Assembly (NCBI GenBank): GCA_965205435.1
Contig: CBDBHJ010000005.1
Coordinates: 12,658-76,657, forward strand
Direction of reading: 5' to 3'
DNA: 64,000 nt
DNA from: Vicinamibacterales bacterium
Lineage (GTDB): Bacteria; Acidobacteriota; Vicinamibacteria; Vicinamibacterales; UBA8438
A model generated the notes under the pieces. That model saw nothing but the letters and a program-made list of their open reading frames with translations, did no database searches and was not told where the DNA came from. Shown here in pieces: positions 37,897 to 46,974 of this stretch (its first letter is position 1; every line of letters begins with the position of its first letter). Made by a program: the position numbers and the translations under genes.

Positions 37897-38075
37897 AGCT
37901 TCCCCCCGCGACGCCGCTTTCAGGCACTCCGACCTACTGCCAGATGGTCTAGTTTTCCTCCGCCACGGTGGTCTAGTTTTGCTCCGCCCTTGACATACGA
38001 CCTACGAGTACGAACGCACGACGGAGCTACTGCGGGATGCGGGCCTGATGCAGCCCTCATGATCGCATCACAACC

Positions 38076-38153
38076 ATGGCACTCGTATCTGGCACGACCC
38101 TCGGCCCGTACCAACTCGAAGCCCCCCTCGGTGGAGGCGGCATGGGTGAGGTG
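38076..38153 (+). pseudogene. Orphan N-terminal fragment of a Ser/Thr protein kinase (Gly-rich loop only)
   Basis: MALVSGTTLGPYQLEAPLGGGGMGEV matches the usual start of bacterial Hanks-type kinases (LGPYxIxxxLGxGGMGxVY). Similarity ends abruptly and the frame runs into the next gene's signal peptide. Confidence 0.35.
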
Positions 38154-39601
38154 AACGCGATACTGCGGGTCACGGAGCGACGATCGTGGGTGGGGTTGGT
38201 CGTTTTTGTCCTCAGCGTGGTGGGTCTATGTCGAGTCGATGCACAGACCTCCCAATGGACACAGTTTCGGGGTCCTGGCGGGGACGGGGTCGCCCACGGC
38301 TTGGGGCTTCCTGATAGATGGTCGGTCCCGAGAATGTGGCGTGGGTGAACGAGGTCCCCGGTCGGGGGTGGTCATCACCGATCGTCCGGGGACATCGGCT
38401 CTTCGTGACGTCGGCCATCAGCGACGGCCGTTTCATGTCTCCGTCGGCCGGGATCTTCGGTATGGAGCTGTATGACGAGGCACTCCGACAGGGCCTGAGC
38501 GCGGAAGAGGCGATGGCTCTGGTGTCGGCAAGAGATGTCGAGACCACAACACCAGATTCTCCATCAGTCCGGCGGATGCTCTATTGCCTCGATGTTGAGA
38601 CCGGGAAGGTCCTCTGGGAACACACGGTGCACACCGGTCTCCCGCCCGGCGGACGGCATCGCAAGAACACCTACGCCACCGAGACTCCGGTCACCGACGG
38701 GGAGCGGGTATATGTCTACTTCGGGAACATCGGGCTGTTCGCGTATTCGATGGATGGGAACTTGCTGTGGTCGCGCACCTTTGACTCGCATCCTATGTAC
38801 TACGACTTCGGCCCGGCAGCCTCTCCGGCGCTCGACGAGGAGCATGTGTATGTGCTCAGCGACAACGAAGAACGGCCGTTCTTGACAGCGCTCGACAAGA
38901 CAACCGGTGAGGAGGCCTGGGCGGTTGAGCGGACGGCAGTCGAGGGGGCCGCTTCGTCAGGTTGGGCGACACCCTTCGTGTGGAGGAACGCCGATCGGAC
39001 TGAAGTCGTGACGATTGGTCTCGGGCAGGCGATTAGCTACAGCACGCGCGGGCAGGAGTTGTGGCGTCTCGGCGGGCTCGGGAGCCAGGCGATCCCGACA
39101 CCGCTGGCAGTTGATGACGTGCTGTACTTTGGAACGGGCGCTCAGGGCGGACCGAACCGTCCAATGTTTGCCGTGCGCCCAGGAGCCAGCGGAACCATTA
39201 CACTGCGCCCCGGTGAGACGAGCAACGACTATGTCATCTGGTCCCAGAAAACGGCGACGGCGTATGTGCCGTCACCGCTGGTGTATCAGGGATATGCCTA
39301 CTCGGTCCTCGACAATGGTGTACTCAACGTGTTCGACGCATTGAGCGGAGCGAGAGTCTACAGGGCTCGCGTTGGTGGCGGCGGGCGCACCTTTGCTACG
39401 TCCCCGTGGGCCTACGACGACAAAGTGTTCTTTCTGAGCGAGGAGGGCGAGACCTTCGTGGTCGCGGCTGGGTCAGAGTACCGTGAGGTCGGTGTAAACG
39501 CCCTCAACGAGATGTCATTGGCCACACCAGCCCTGTCGGGTGACAGTCTCTTCATCCGAACGGCAACGAGGCTGTTTCGGATTCGTGCGGCACAGTACTA
39601 A
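38151..39601 (+). pseudogene. PQQ-like beta-propeller repeat protein; signal-peptide region out of frame with the body
   Basis: The signal peptide and mature N-terminus (WVGLVVFVLSVVGLCRVDAQTSQWTQFRGPGGDGV..LPDRWS) are in the frame of ORF 38076..38348. The continuation (GPENVAWVNEVPGRGWSSPIVRGHRLFVTSA...) is in the frame of 38318..39601. The switch is near 38320-38327. Confidence 0.7.
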
Positions 39602-39661
39602 GGCGGTATCGTCACGGCCACGCCACTTCCCGAGGGTGAGGTCACATGGCGCTTGTGCGGG

Positions 39662-41107
39662 CTATGGCTGAGTGCCTTCTTCCGTCGTGGGTTTCGCTTC
39701 CAGGCTGAAATCAAGCTTGTCGATTGAATATTCCATGAAGGGCTGGAACATCTCGTCCCAGCTCTGCTCGCCCCAGTAGACCTCTTTGTCAGGCGCGGGG
39801 TTGTACCGATTCCCGAGGCTGTTGTCGTAGTGCGCGACGACCTTGATCGTGCTACCGGCCGGTATGGGCAGCGGCTCTTCGAATTCGTACTGCACCTGCC
39901 AGTTGAAGTCGTAATTCGGCACGTTCAGGATGATCTCTTCCCTGCCGTCTGGGAATGTCACGATGTAGGTCATATCCTTGCCGCGGAGATGCATGTGTGG
40001 CCACAGACCGTAGAGGGTCAGGTCGTCGGTCACGGCGTTGATGCCGGTGATCTTCCAGTCGGCGATCTGGGGCGGGATGACCGGGATCGCCGGCGGCCTC
40101 CGGTCCAATTCTTCCTGGACGCCGGCCCCACTCACCTCGGCCGTCCGCTGCTGCGTCTCGACGATGTGTGTGTCCACGAGGAACTGGGTGACCACCTCAT
40201 GATGTGTCGGCTCTTTCTGGAACCAGAACCCGAGGGAGGTACGATCCGACTCGGGCTTCCCCGTCACGGCGTAGTGCATCTGGAACACGAAGTACCGATC
40301 CTTGTGGATCCGCTTGCCTACGCCCGGCCGAAACACCTGGACCCCTCCGCCCGGCACGTAGATCTGTAGGAGATCGGTGCGCTTGGGTCGGAACACGCTC
40401 CGCGCTTGGCGGTCCCGCTCGGCGTCGTCGGTCTCTCCCTCGTCGATCGGGACAGGAAAGGGGATCATCGGCCCACCCCTCCACGCCTGCGTCTCGCCGA
40501 GCCGCGTGCCCGGTGGCAGCGCCTTGTTGTAGCCGCCGGCATGATGCACGACTGCCATGTTGCCAGGGCGCATCTGGATGGCCTCAATGAACTTGTCCTC
40601 GTCGAAGGGGTTCTCTACCCAGACTGACAGGTAGGGGACCTCGCCGTCGGCCGGGATGTCGAGTTCGAGGGGCATCTCGACGATGGCGTCGGGTGCCCGC
40701 TCGGGGTGGCTCCACCCTTCCGGAAAGCCCGGCAGTTCGGGAGCCGGGCCAGTGCCCTCTGGAGCCCCGGCGTCTGCCCACGCGACGACCGTGTCAATCT
40801 CCTCTTGGCTCAGGCCGCGCGAGTTCCTGAAACTGCCGAAGCGGGGATCGGCGAACCACGGCGGCATCTCGCGAGCGAGGACCTTCGACTTGATAGCTCT
40901 GGCCCACGGCCTTGCTTGTTGGTAGGAGGTGAGCGACATCGGGGCCACCTGGCCGTCCCGATGGCAGTTGGCGCAGTTGTTGAAGATGATAGGCGCCACG
41001 TGCGTGTTGAAGGTCGGCACGCCCTCGGCCTCGGCGGCACTCGCCCCTGTTCCCATCACCACGATGACCAACCCCGCCAGTCCGACGATTGTCAGCAAGC
41101 TCTTCAT
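39662..41107 (-). CDS. Secreted CxxCH (haem c site) + copper type II ascorbate-dependent-monooxygenase-like (PHM/DBH-like) protein
   Basis: Signal peptide. CANCH with downstream MPPW. PHM-like ligand pattern [30 protein letters not shown]. Confidence 0.55.
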   Translation of the reverse strand: MKSLLTIVGLAGLVIVVMGTGASAAEAEGVPTFNTHVAPIIFNNCANCHRDGQVAPMSLTSYQQARPWARAIKSKVLAREMPPWFADPRFGSFRNSRGLSQEEIDTVVAWADAGAPEGTGPAPELPGFPEGWSHPERAPDAIVEMPLELDIPADGEVPYLSVWVENPFDEDKFIEAIQMRPGNMAVVHHAGGYNKALPPGTRLGETQAWRGGPMIPFPVPIDEGETDDAERDRQARSVFRPKRTDLLQIYVPGGGVQVFRPGVGKRIHKDRYFVFQMHYAVTGKPESDRTSLGFWFQKEPTHHEVVTQFLVDTHIVETQQRTAEVSGAGVQEELDRRPPAIPVIPPQIADWKITGINAVTDDLTLYGLWPHMHLRGKDMTYIVTFPDGREEIILNVPNYDFNWQVQYEFEEPLPIPAGSTIKVVAHYDNSLGNRYNPAPDKEVYWGEQSWDEMFQPFMEYSIDKLDFSLEAKPTTEEGTQP

Positions 41108-41294
41108 CGTTTCCCTCCACGGCCGTGCGGAACGGACGCGCTTCGAATAACGGACGGGATCTACACCTAATAGTGAGTAACCGAAAGATACATCGCGACC
41201 CGACCCCCGTCAACAGGAACAATCTGAGGGACAGCCCTTTGGGACGGAGTCTCGGGGTGAACCAGACCGCAGGCCAGCGCAAGACCAGGAGAAA

Positions 41295-41777
41295 TCAGCC
41301 GCAACTCTCGGCGAGACCGATGACAGAGGTCAGGTTAATCCGCTGGTTCTCCGGGTCTTCGATGAAGAGCCCCTTCACCAGCACCTGGTGCCCAGACACC
41401 AGAGCCCCGGTCGAATTGACCGACTCGGTGGCGGTGAATTCGGCGCGTTGGAACTGCTCCAACAGCCCATCGACCGGCAGGAAGTCGGCCACGCCGATCA
41501 GGGTGTAGGTGCTGGAGCCCAGCGGGGTACTCTTGGCTTCTTCGATCTCTGCGGTGCTGGAGAAGGGCACACCTGTGACCATTGGCTCGGATGCGCGCGT
41601 CAGGGTCCAGGTCGCGCCGTCCTGCGTCGCGCAGCCAACCGACGAGACGATGTTGACCGTCGGGGTGGTGAGATCCGGGTCCTGTGCACCGACGATCGTC
41701 GGAATGAGCAAGGCGAACCCGAGCGACGGAGCGAAGGTCACCCATTTCTTGCTCACGTGTTTTCTCCTGGCATGCAC
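41295..41777 (-). CDS. Secreted hypothetical protein
   Basis: 160-aa ORF. A hydrophobic signal segment (WVTFAPSLGFALLIPTIVGAQ). Cys residues lie near both ends of the mature part. No family recognised. Confidence 0.5.
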   Translation of the reverse strand: MHARRKHVSKKWVTFAPSLGFALLIPTIVGAQDPDLTTPTVNIVSSVGCATQDGATWTLTRASEPMVTGVPFSSTAEIEEAKSTPLGSSTYTLIGVADFLPVDGLLEQFQRAEFTATESVNSTGALVSGHQVLVKGLFIEDPENQRINLTSVIGLAESCG

Positions 41778-41981
41778 CGCCTCGAGGCGCCCATATGTAC
41801 CACACGATGACGTGCCCGATCAACCGATCAACCTCGCGATGTCAGTTGCGACCTTGACCTGTTTGCGGCGCCCTCCGTACAATGGCACCTCCGTGCCACA
41901 CTGGTCCGTCCAATCGGGTCCGGGCGCGCGATTCGCCTCAACCAACGCGCGATTCCATTTCATTCAAAGCGGAGTACAGGC

Positions 41982-42593
41982 ATGAAGAAAGCGGTACTGG
42001 TGCTGCTGGTGGTGTTCGTGTCGAGCCTGTCGGTCGTGACGAGCGAGGCACAGCGCCCGCAGCCGGGCGCCACACAGGGGGGACCGACGACCGGCGACGA
42101 GATGATACCGACGTTCGACATGCGGTACTTTGTTGGCGAGTGGGAGATCGAGTGGGCCCCGTTGGACACGCCGCTGTTGCCGGGCGGGACGTACACCGGG
42201 ACCGAGACGATTCGACATATCGAGAACGGCCGCTACTTCGATGTCACGGTGGAACTCGAGGGGCCTGACGGATCGTTGAGCGGCAGGGGCATCATGTTCT
42301 TCGAGTCTGGGCCCTTTGGCTCACATCTGACCAAATACGTGGTGTACGACACCGGGTTCACCCTGCTGCAGCCGGGCCCGGTCGGCGGCGACCTGGGCGG
42401 CCACTACAGCCAGTTCTGGGAGACACCTGAGCCGATATACCACAACGACTCGAAGATCCTGATCAAGGGCCGCAGCTACTACACCTCGCCGGCCGCCTAT
42501 CGTGTGAACCAGCAAATCTCGGTGGATGACGACCCGTTCATCAACTTCGGCATCATGTGGTACACGAAGGTTCTCGAGCAAACGGGGCAGTAA
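41982..42593 (+). CDS. Secreted hypothetical protein
   Basis: Signal peptide MKKAVLVLLVVFVSSLSVVTSEAQ. 203 aa. No confident family. Confidence 0.6.
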   Translation: MKKAVLVLLVVFVSSLSVVTSEAQRPQPGATQGGPTTGDEMIPTFDMRYFVGEWEIEWAPLDTPLLPGGTYTGTETIRHIENGRYFDVTVELEGPDGSLSGRGIMFFESGPFGSHLTKYVVYDTGFTLLQPGPVGGDLGGHYSQFWETPEPIYHNDSKILIKGRSYYTSPAAYRVNQQISVDDDPFINFGIMWYTKVLEQTGQ

Positions 42594-42785
42594 CGCGAAC
42601 AGTCCGTATCCCGCACGTCACCTCTTCGCCTCACGCCTCTGACCACGCAAGCGCCACCCGAGGCGCATGCACCTATCGTCCGGCTTTGGACGTAGAATGC
42701 GCGTATCTAACCCGCTACGTCCATGGCCCCGACTGTCGGCTCCCGACTCGACCACCGATAGAGGTGGCTGTGAAGAGGAGAGTGC

Positions 42786-43256
42786 ATGACTACCTTTCGC
42801 CTCGCGCTCGCCGCCATCCTTGTGAGTGCGGGCGTGGCAGACGCTCAAACCCTTGAGGTTAGCGGCGATGTCATCTCAACGACTGTGGTGCTGTCCGAGG
42901 GTGACCTGACAGCACTTCCACAACATCTTGTCGAGGTTCGCGACGGGGACCGGACTGTGAGATTCGAGGGGCCGTGGCTGGCGGACGTGCTGGAGCGTGC
43001 GGGTGTTACGTTTGGCCACGGGCCCGGTCTCACTCAGTACGTGATTGTTGAAGCCGCAGACGGATACTCGGTCGTCTATGCCTTGGCCGAACTCGATCCA
43101 CAGTTCATCGATTCACATGTGCTGCTGGCCGTCCAGCAGGATGGCGCGGTGCTATCGAGTGACGATGGCCCGTTTCGTCTGATAGCGTCCTCACATCGCC
43201 ATCCGGCACGATGGGTGCGCCAGGTAGGTGCATTGCGAGTGATGCGGGCGAACTGA
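42786..43256 (+). CDS. Small periplasmic molybdopterin-binding-domain-like (SUOX/YedY-fold) protein, PruR-like size
   Basis: Signal peptide, then ...LTALPQHLVEVRDGDRTVRFEGPWLADVLERAGV...YVIVEAADGYSVVYALAELD...LLAVQQDG..L...DGPFRLI.....HPARWVRQV. This resembles the oxidoreductase molybdopterin-binding fold without the rest of the enzyme. Confidence 0.5.
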   Translation: MTTFRLALAAILVSAGVADAQTLEVSGDVISTTVVLSEGDLTALPQHLVEVRDGDRTVRFEGPWLADVLERAGVTFGHGPGLTQYVIVEAADGYSVVYALAELDPQFIDSHVLLAVQQDGAVLSSDDGPFRLIASSHRHPARWVRQVGALRVMRAN

Positions 43257-43260
43257 GGGT

Positions 43261-43806
43261 ATGGTCGGACTAACTTTGTTGCTTCTTGCTGTCGCACAGC
43301 CTGAGGCGAGCTGCATTGCGCCCGATGGTTATGAAGTCCGAAACATCGGTGGCACCCTGCAAGCCGGCGAGAGGCTGCGAACTGCGTTCGGCAGCGAGTA
43401 TTTCTTCGTTCTGGAGCCGAACGACTACGGGTGGGTCATAGAAGTGCAACAGCGCGGCCGCAACGAGAATCTCGCGCGGCTGACCCCACCTTGGCATTTT
43501 GTGCCCAATCCCAGGTACGTGGAAGGTTGGCACTTCCGGAACGCATCGAACACCGGGCCAAACGACGGCAGCGTCAATGCGCCACAGGAGACACGAGAGT
43601 TCATTTTCTCGCCTGAAGTGGGTCGGTCGCTCGAGTACGAAGGGTCTGCGACGCCGGCCTCGGTGGTGGCGGAAGTTCGCACGTTCGGTCGAGGCCAGCT
43701 GACGCTGACAGAGTATCGCCTGAGTCCGGTGGCGGACGGTCAACGAGCGTCGTTTGAAGAGGCTCAGGTCGAAGTCTGTTTGATCTGGCGTTCCGCTCTG
43801 AGATGA
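43261..43806 (+). CDS. Hypothetical protein, 4 nt downstream of the Moco-fold gene
   Basis: 181-aa ORF with a hydrophobic N-terminus. No family recognised. Confidence 0.45.
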   Translation: MVGLTLLLLAVAQPEASCIAPDGYEVRNIGGTLQAGERLRTAFGSEYFFVLEPNDYGWVIEVQQRGRNENLARLTPPWHFVPNPRYVEGWHFRNASNTGPNDGSVNAPQETREFIFSPEVGRSLEYEGSATPASVVAEVRTFGRGQLTLTEYRLSPVADGQRASFEEAQVEVCLIWRSALR

Positions 43807-43947
43807 GCCGCCAGTAGGCCCATCGGGTCGCGCATACGCCGCGCGACTTACACCACGGGCTGCTAGAATGCCCCTGAAATGCGTCAAGCGATCCACCACC
43901 GCACGCGTGGCCGAATCGGCCAGGACCCGTTTGGAAAGTAGGCACTG

Positions 43948-45117
43948 ATGAGAACTGCACGCTTCGCGTCGGTCGTCGCCTTCGTATTGCTGATGGTGTC
44001 GGGGAGTGCCTTGGCCCAGTTGGCCTACTACCCGCCACCGGGTGACTGGGAACGTAGGACACCCGAAGAGGTCGGGATGGACTCGTCAGCGCTCGTCGCT
44101 GCAATCGAGTTCGCCGAGTCTCAGGAAACGAGCAAGCCGATGGACTTCTCCGATCAGGAGACGATCTTCGGTCGTCTGCTCGGCCCGATTCCGGACGAGC
44201 GGGCCCACACGAACGGCTTGGTTCTCCGACACGGCTACCTCGTGGCGGAGTTCGGCGACTCGACCAGGGTCGACCCGACGTATAGTGCGGCCAAGAGCTA
44301 TCTCTCGACACTTGCCGGCCTGGCGGTCGACCGAGGGTTGATCCGCGATGTCCACGACCCGGTGCGCGAATATATCGACGATGGCGGATACGACTCGTCG
44401 CAGAACGCGACGGTGACCTGGCATCATCACCTTCAACAGACGACCGAGTGGGAAGGCGAGCTCTGGGGTAAGAAACACGACTTCGTTGGCACCGAGGCCT
44501 TCGGTAATGGCGAGCGTGAGCCGCGCGAGTTGCAGGAGCCCGGGACCTACTACGAATACAACGACGTACGGATAAACCGACTCGCGCTGTCGTTGATGCG
44601 TCTGTTTGGCAAACCGCTCCCCGAGGTATTGAAGGAAGAGATCATGGATCCGATCGGGGCTTCCGATACCTGGCGGTATCTGGGGTACGAGAATTCATGG
44701 GTCGGGCTCAACGGACAGCAGATGCAGTCTGTCACCGGTGGGACCCGCTGGGGTGGCGGCATCTGGATCAATTCCTACGACCACGCCAGGTTCGGTCTGT
44801 TGATGCTGCGCGGTGGGAAGTGGAAGGACCGGGCGTTGATTTCCGAGGAGTGGATCGAACAGGCAACCACTCGAGGCGACGTCGGGCCCGACTATGGGTA
44901 CCTCTGGTGGCTCAACACGGATGGTCAGGCGTGGCCCGACGCGCCGGGGAGCGCGTATCGCGCAAGCGGCCACGGCTCGAACACCGTCTGGATTGACCCT
45001 GAGCACGACCTGGTAGTGGTGTGGCGCTGGCACCAGGGTCGGGCGGCAAACGACTTCTACAAGCGGATCATTGAGTCGATCACAACACCGACGTCAACGG
45101 AAGGAGCACTGGAGTAG
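43948..45117 (+). CDS. Serine hydrolase (beta-lactamase/transpeptidase-like family)
   Basis: Signal peptide. SxxK motif (YSAAKSY). YxN-like YEYND. Late HGSN/GHG region. Confidence 0.75.
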   Translation: MRTARFASVVAFVLLMVSGSALAQLAYYPPPGDWERRTPEEVGMDSSALVAAIEFAESQETSKPMDFSDQETIFGRLLGPIPDERAHTNGLVLRHGYLVAEFGDSTRVDPTYSAAKSYLSTLAGLAVDRGLIRDVHDPVREYIDDGGYDSSQNATVTWHHHLQQTTEWEGELWGKKHDFVGTEAFGNGEREPRELQEPGTYYEYNDVRINRLALSLMRLFGKPLPEVLKEEIMDPIGASDTWRYLGYENSWVGLNGQQMQSVTGGTRWGGGIWINSYDHARFGLLMLRGGKWKDRALISEEWIEQATTRGDVGPDYGYLWWLNTDGQAWPDAPGSAYRASGHGSNTVWIDPEHDLVVVWRWHQGRAANDFYKRIIESITTPTSTEGALE

Positions 45118-45143
45118 GTCGTCGTCTATTCCTATCTGGATCC

Positions 45144-46348
45144 TCGCATTCAACCGGTCGATGCAACGGATTCCGCGAGTATATCTGCCGGCGTCCGATA
45201 GCCGAGTGTCTTGCGTGGCCGCGTATTGAGCTCGCGCGCGATTCGATTCAGTTGAGCCTGTGTGTAGCGGGCGAGGTCGGTCCCCTTCGGCAGATACTGG
45301 CGGAGCAAACCATTCGTGTTCTCGTTGGTGCCGCGCTGCCACGGACTGTACGGGTCGCAAAAATAGACCTGCACGCCGGTGGCGATCGAGAACGTGCGAT
45401 GGGCCGCCAGTTCCAGGCCGCGATCCCAGGTCAACGTGGCCATGAGGCCGTCGGGCAACCGCCGCACGTGCTCGGTGAGCGCTCGCACGACCGTGCGCGT
45501 CGTGCGCCCGGCCAGCCGGACGAGACAGACGTAGCGCGAGTGCCGCTCGACTAGCGTCGCCACGTAGGACTGGCGCGCGCCGGCGATCAGGTCGCCCTCC
45601 CAATGTCCCGGCACCGCGCGGTCCTCAACCGTCGCGGGGCGCTCGCGAATCGAGACGGCCCCGACGATGTAGCCGCCCGTCTTCGGCGCCGCGGCACGCG
45701 GACGTCGAATCGTGCGTCGCTGACGCAACTGCGCCTGCAGCGCCTTTTTGAGCACGCCGCGGCTCTGCACGAACAGGCTCAGGTAGATCGTTTCGTGCGA
45801 CACGTGCATCGTCGGATCATCAGGATACGCCTGACGGAGCCAGCCGGCGATCTGTTGGGGCGACCACTTCTGTGCGAGCTTCGTGGCTACCGCGTCACGC
45901 AGCGCAGGGTACGTCGCCAAGCGACACCGCTTGGGCCGTCGGCCGCGCCCCCACGCCGCCGTGTCGGCTCTGGCCGCCCGATACCACCGCCGCCCTCCGT
46001 GCCGACGCACCTCTCGACTCACGGTCGAAGGGGCCCGCCGCAGCTGGCGGCTGATCTGTCGCACCGACGTCCCGCGGGCCAGGCCGCGGGAGATGGCCTC
46101 CCGCTCCGGCAGCGTCAGCGCGAGACGGGAACGTTGGCGCGCCGGGGGAGGGATGCCGCCCGTCCGGGCTACCTCATAGCGCACCATCTTGGGAATCCGG
46201 CCTAGGGCACGGCCGATGGCATTGAGCGATTCCCCGTGTCGCCACCGGCGCCACACTTCCGCCTTCTGCGCCGCCGTCAAGCGCGGACCACGTCGTCGCA
46301 CCATGAAACCTCCTTGTCAGGTTCATGTTGCATCGACCCATTGAACGC
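45144..46348 (-). mobile_element. IS30-family insertion sequence
   Basis: Imperfect ~22-bp terminal inverted repeats: 45144-45166 cgcattcaaccggtcgatgcaac versus the reverse complement of 46327-46348 (gcgttcaatgggtcgatgcaac). The transposase stop lies inside the left TIR. Boundaries are accurate to a few bp and the TSD is unclear. Confidence 0.8.
45150..46304 (-). CDS. IS30-family transposase
   Basis: N-terminal HTH (LTAAQKAEVWRRWRHGESLNAIGRALGR; GTSVRQISRQLRRAPSTVSRE). DDE core with PGHWEGDLI, LTWDRGLE, WQRGTNENTNGLLRQY. Confidence 0.9.
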   Translation of the reverse strand: MVRRRGPRLTAAQKAEVWRRWRHGESLNAIGRALGRIPKMVRYEVARTGGIPPPARQRSRLALTLPEREAISRGLARGTSVRQISRQLRRAPSTVSREVRRHGGRRWYRAARADTAAWGRGRRPKRCRLATYPALRDAVATKLAQKWSPQQIAGWLRQAYPDDPTMHVSHETIYLSLFVQSRGVLKKALQAQLRQRRTIRRPRAAAPKTGGYIVGAVSIRERPATVEDRAVPGHWEGDLIAGARQSYVATLVERHSRYVCLVRLAGRTTRTVVRALTEHVRRLPDGLMATLTWDRGLELAAHRTFSIATGVQVYFCDPYSPWQRGTNENTNGLLRQYLPKGTDLARYTQAQLNRIARELNTRPRKTLGYRTPADILAESVASTG

Positions 46349-46407
46349 ACCAACCAAAGGCCTGACTCGGGCGGTATCGTGCCACCCGAAGAAACGGTTT
46401 CGTCGCG

Positions 46408-46427
46408 TTCTAGAACCGGTTCTAGAA
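46408..46427. repeat. Perfect 20-bp nested palindrome ttctagaaccggttctagaa
   Basis: Read directly from the sequence. It is flanked by another small palindrome gaaacggtttc (46391-46401). It overlaps the corrected stop of the DsbD_N-like gene and lies about 60 bp from the IS30 end. Confidence 0.6.
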
Positions 46428-46974
46428 ACCGGCAGCAGTGAGCACGCGCCGGGCGTCCAGCCGGTCCGCCGGTTCAACGTGCACGTGCCATTCGACCTCC
46501 GCTGTCGCCGGCGGGAAGCCAAACGGTGTCATCGCACGCCTGGTATCGAAAACGTCCTGGCACGACCAACTCGCCAGGTGACACATCAGCGCCCAGCGCC
46601 AGCCGGACCTCGATCGTGAACTCGTGCTCGAAGACCGCCAACGGTTCTTTCTGCCCCGCCTGGACAAAATCCGTGGACGGCGGATAGGTGATCTCCTCTA
46701 CTGTGACTCCCTCCGGCAGCGTGAAGGTGAGGATCGTCGGAATGAGAAAGGGATCCCGCGGCTTGTCCGACTGGACGTGAATCTCCTCGGGAAGCTCAAC
46801 CTTGAGTTCAATCACCACGGTCTGGCCAGGCTGGATCGCCTGCTGCTCGACCAGGGGCGTGAGCTCTGCCGTCGGTCTGCGGAGCTGCGCGTTGGTCGAG
46901 ACCCCGCTCAGCACGAGCCCCGCACCTAGCAGGTGAAGAACAACGACGACGGTGCGTGTCGTGGGCATGATCAA
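46422..46974 (-). pseudogene. DsbD N-terminal-domain-like (DsbC/DsbD_N, thiol-disulfide) protein, C-terminus frameshifted
   Basis: Signal peptide. IELKVELPEEIHVQS, LTFTLPEGV, FRYQACDDTV. The expected continuation C.FPPATAEVEWHVHVEP is in the frame of ORF 46422..46667. The switch is near 46530-46540. Confidence 0.5.

Larger units (their letters stand above)
35508..37995 (+). mobile_element. IS21-family insertion sequence
   Basis: istA-istB pair. Each end carries two ~19-bp repeats in inverted orientation: 35515-35533 and 35562-35580 versus 37946-37964 and 37970-37988 (ggtctagtttt[c/g]ctccgcc). The ends read TG...CA. No TSD (gcgcgtc versus tacgacc). Confidence 0.85.
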
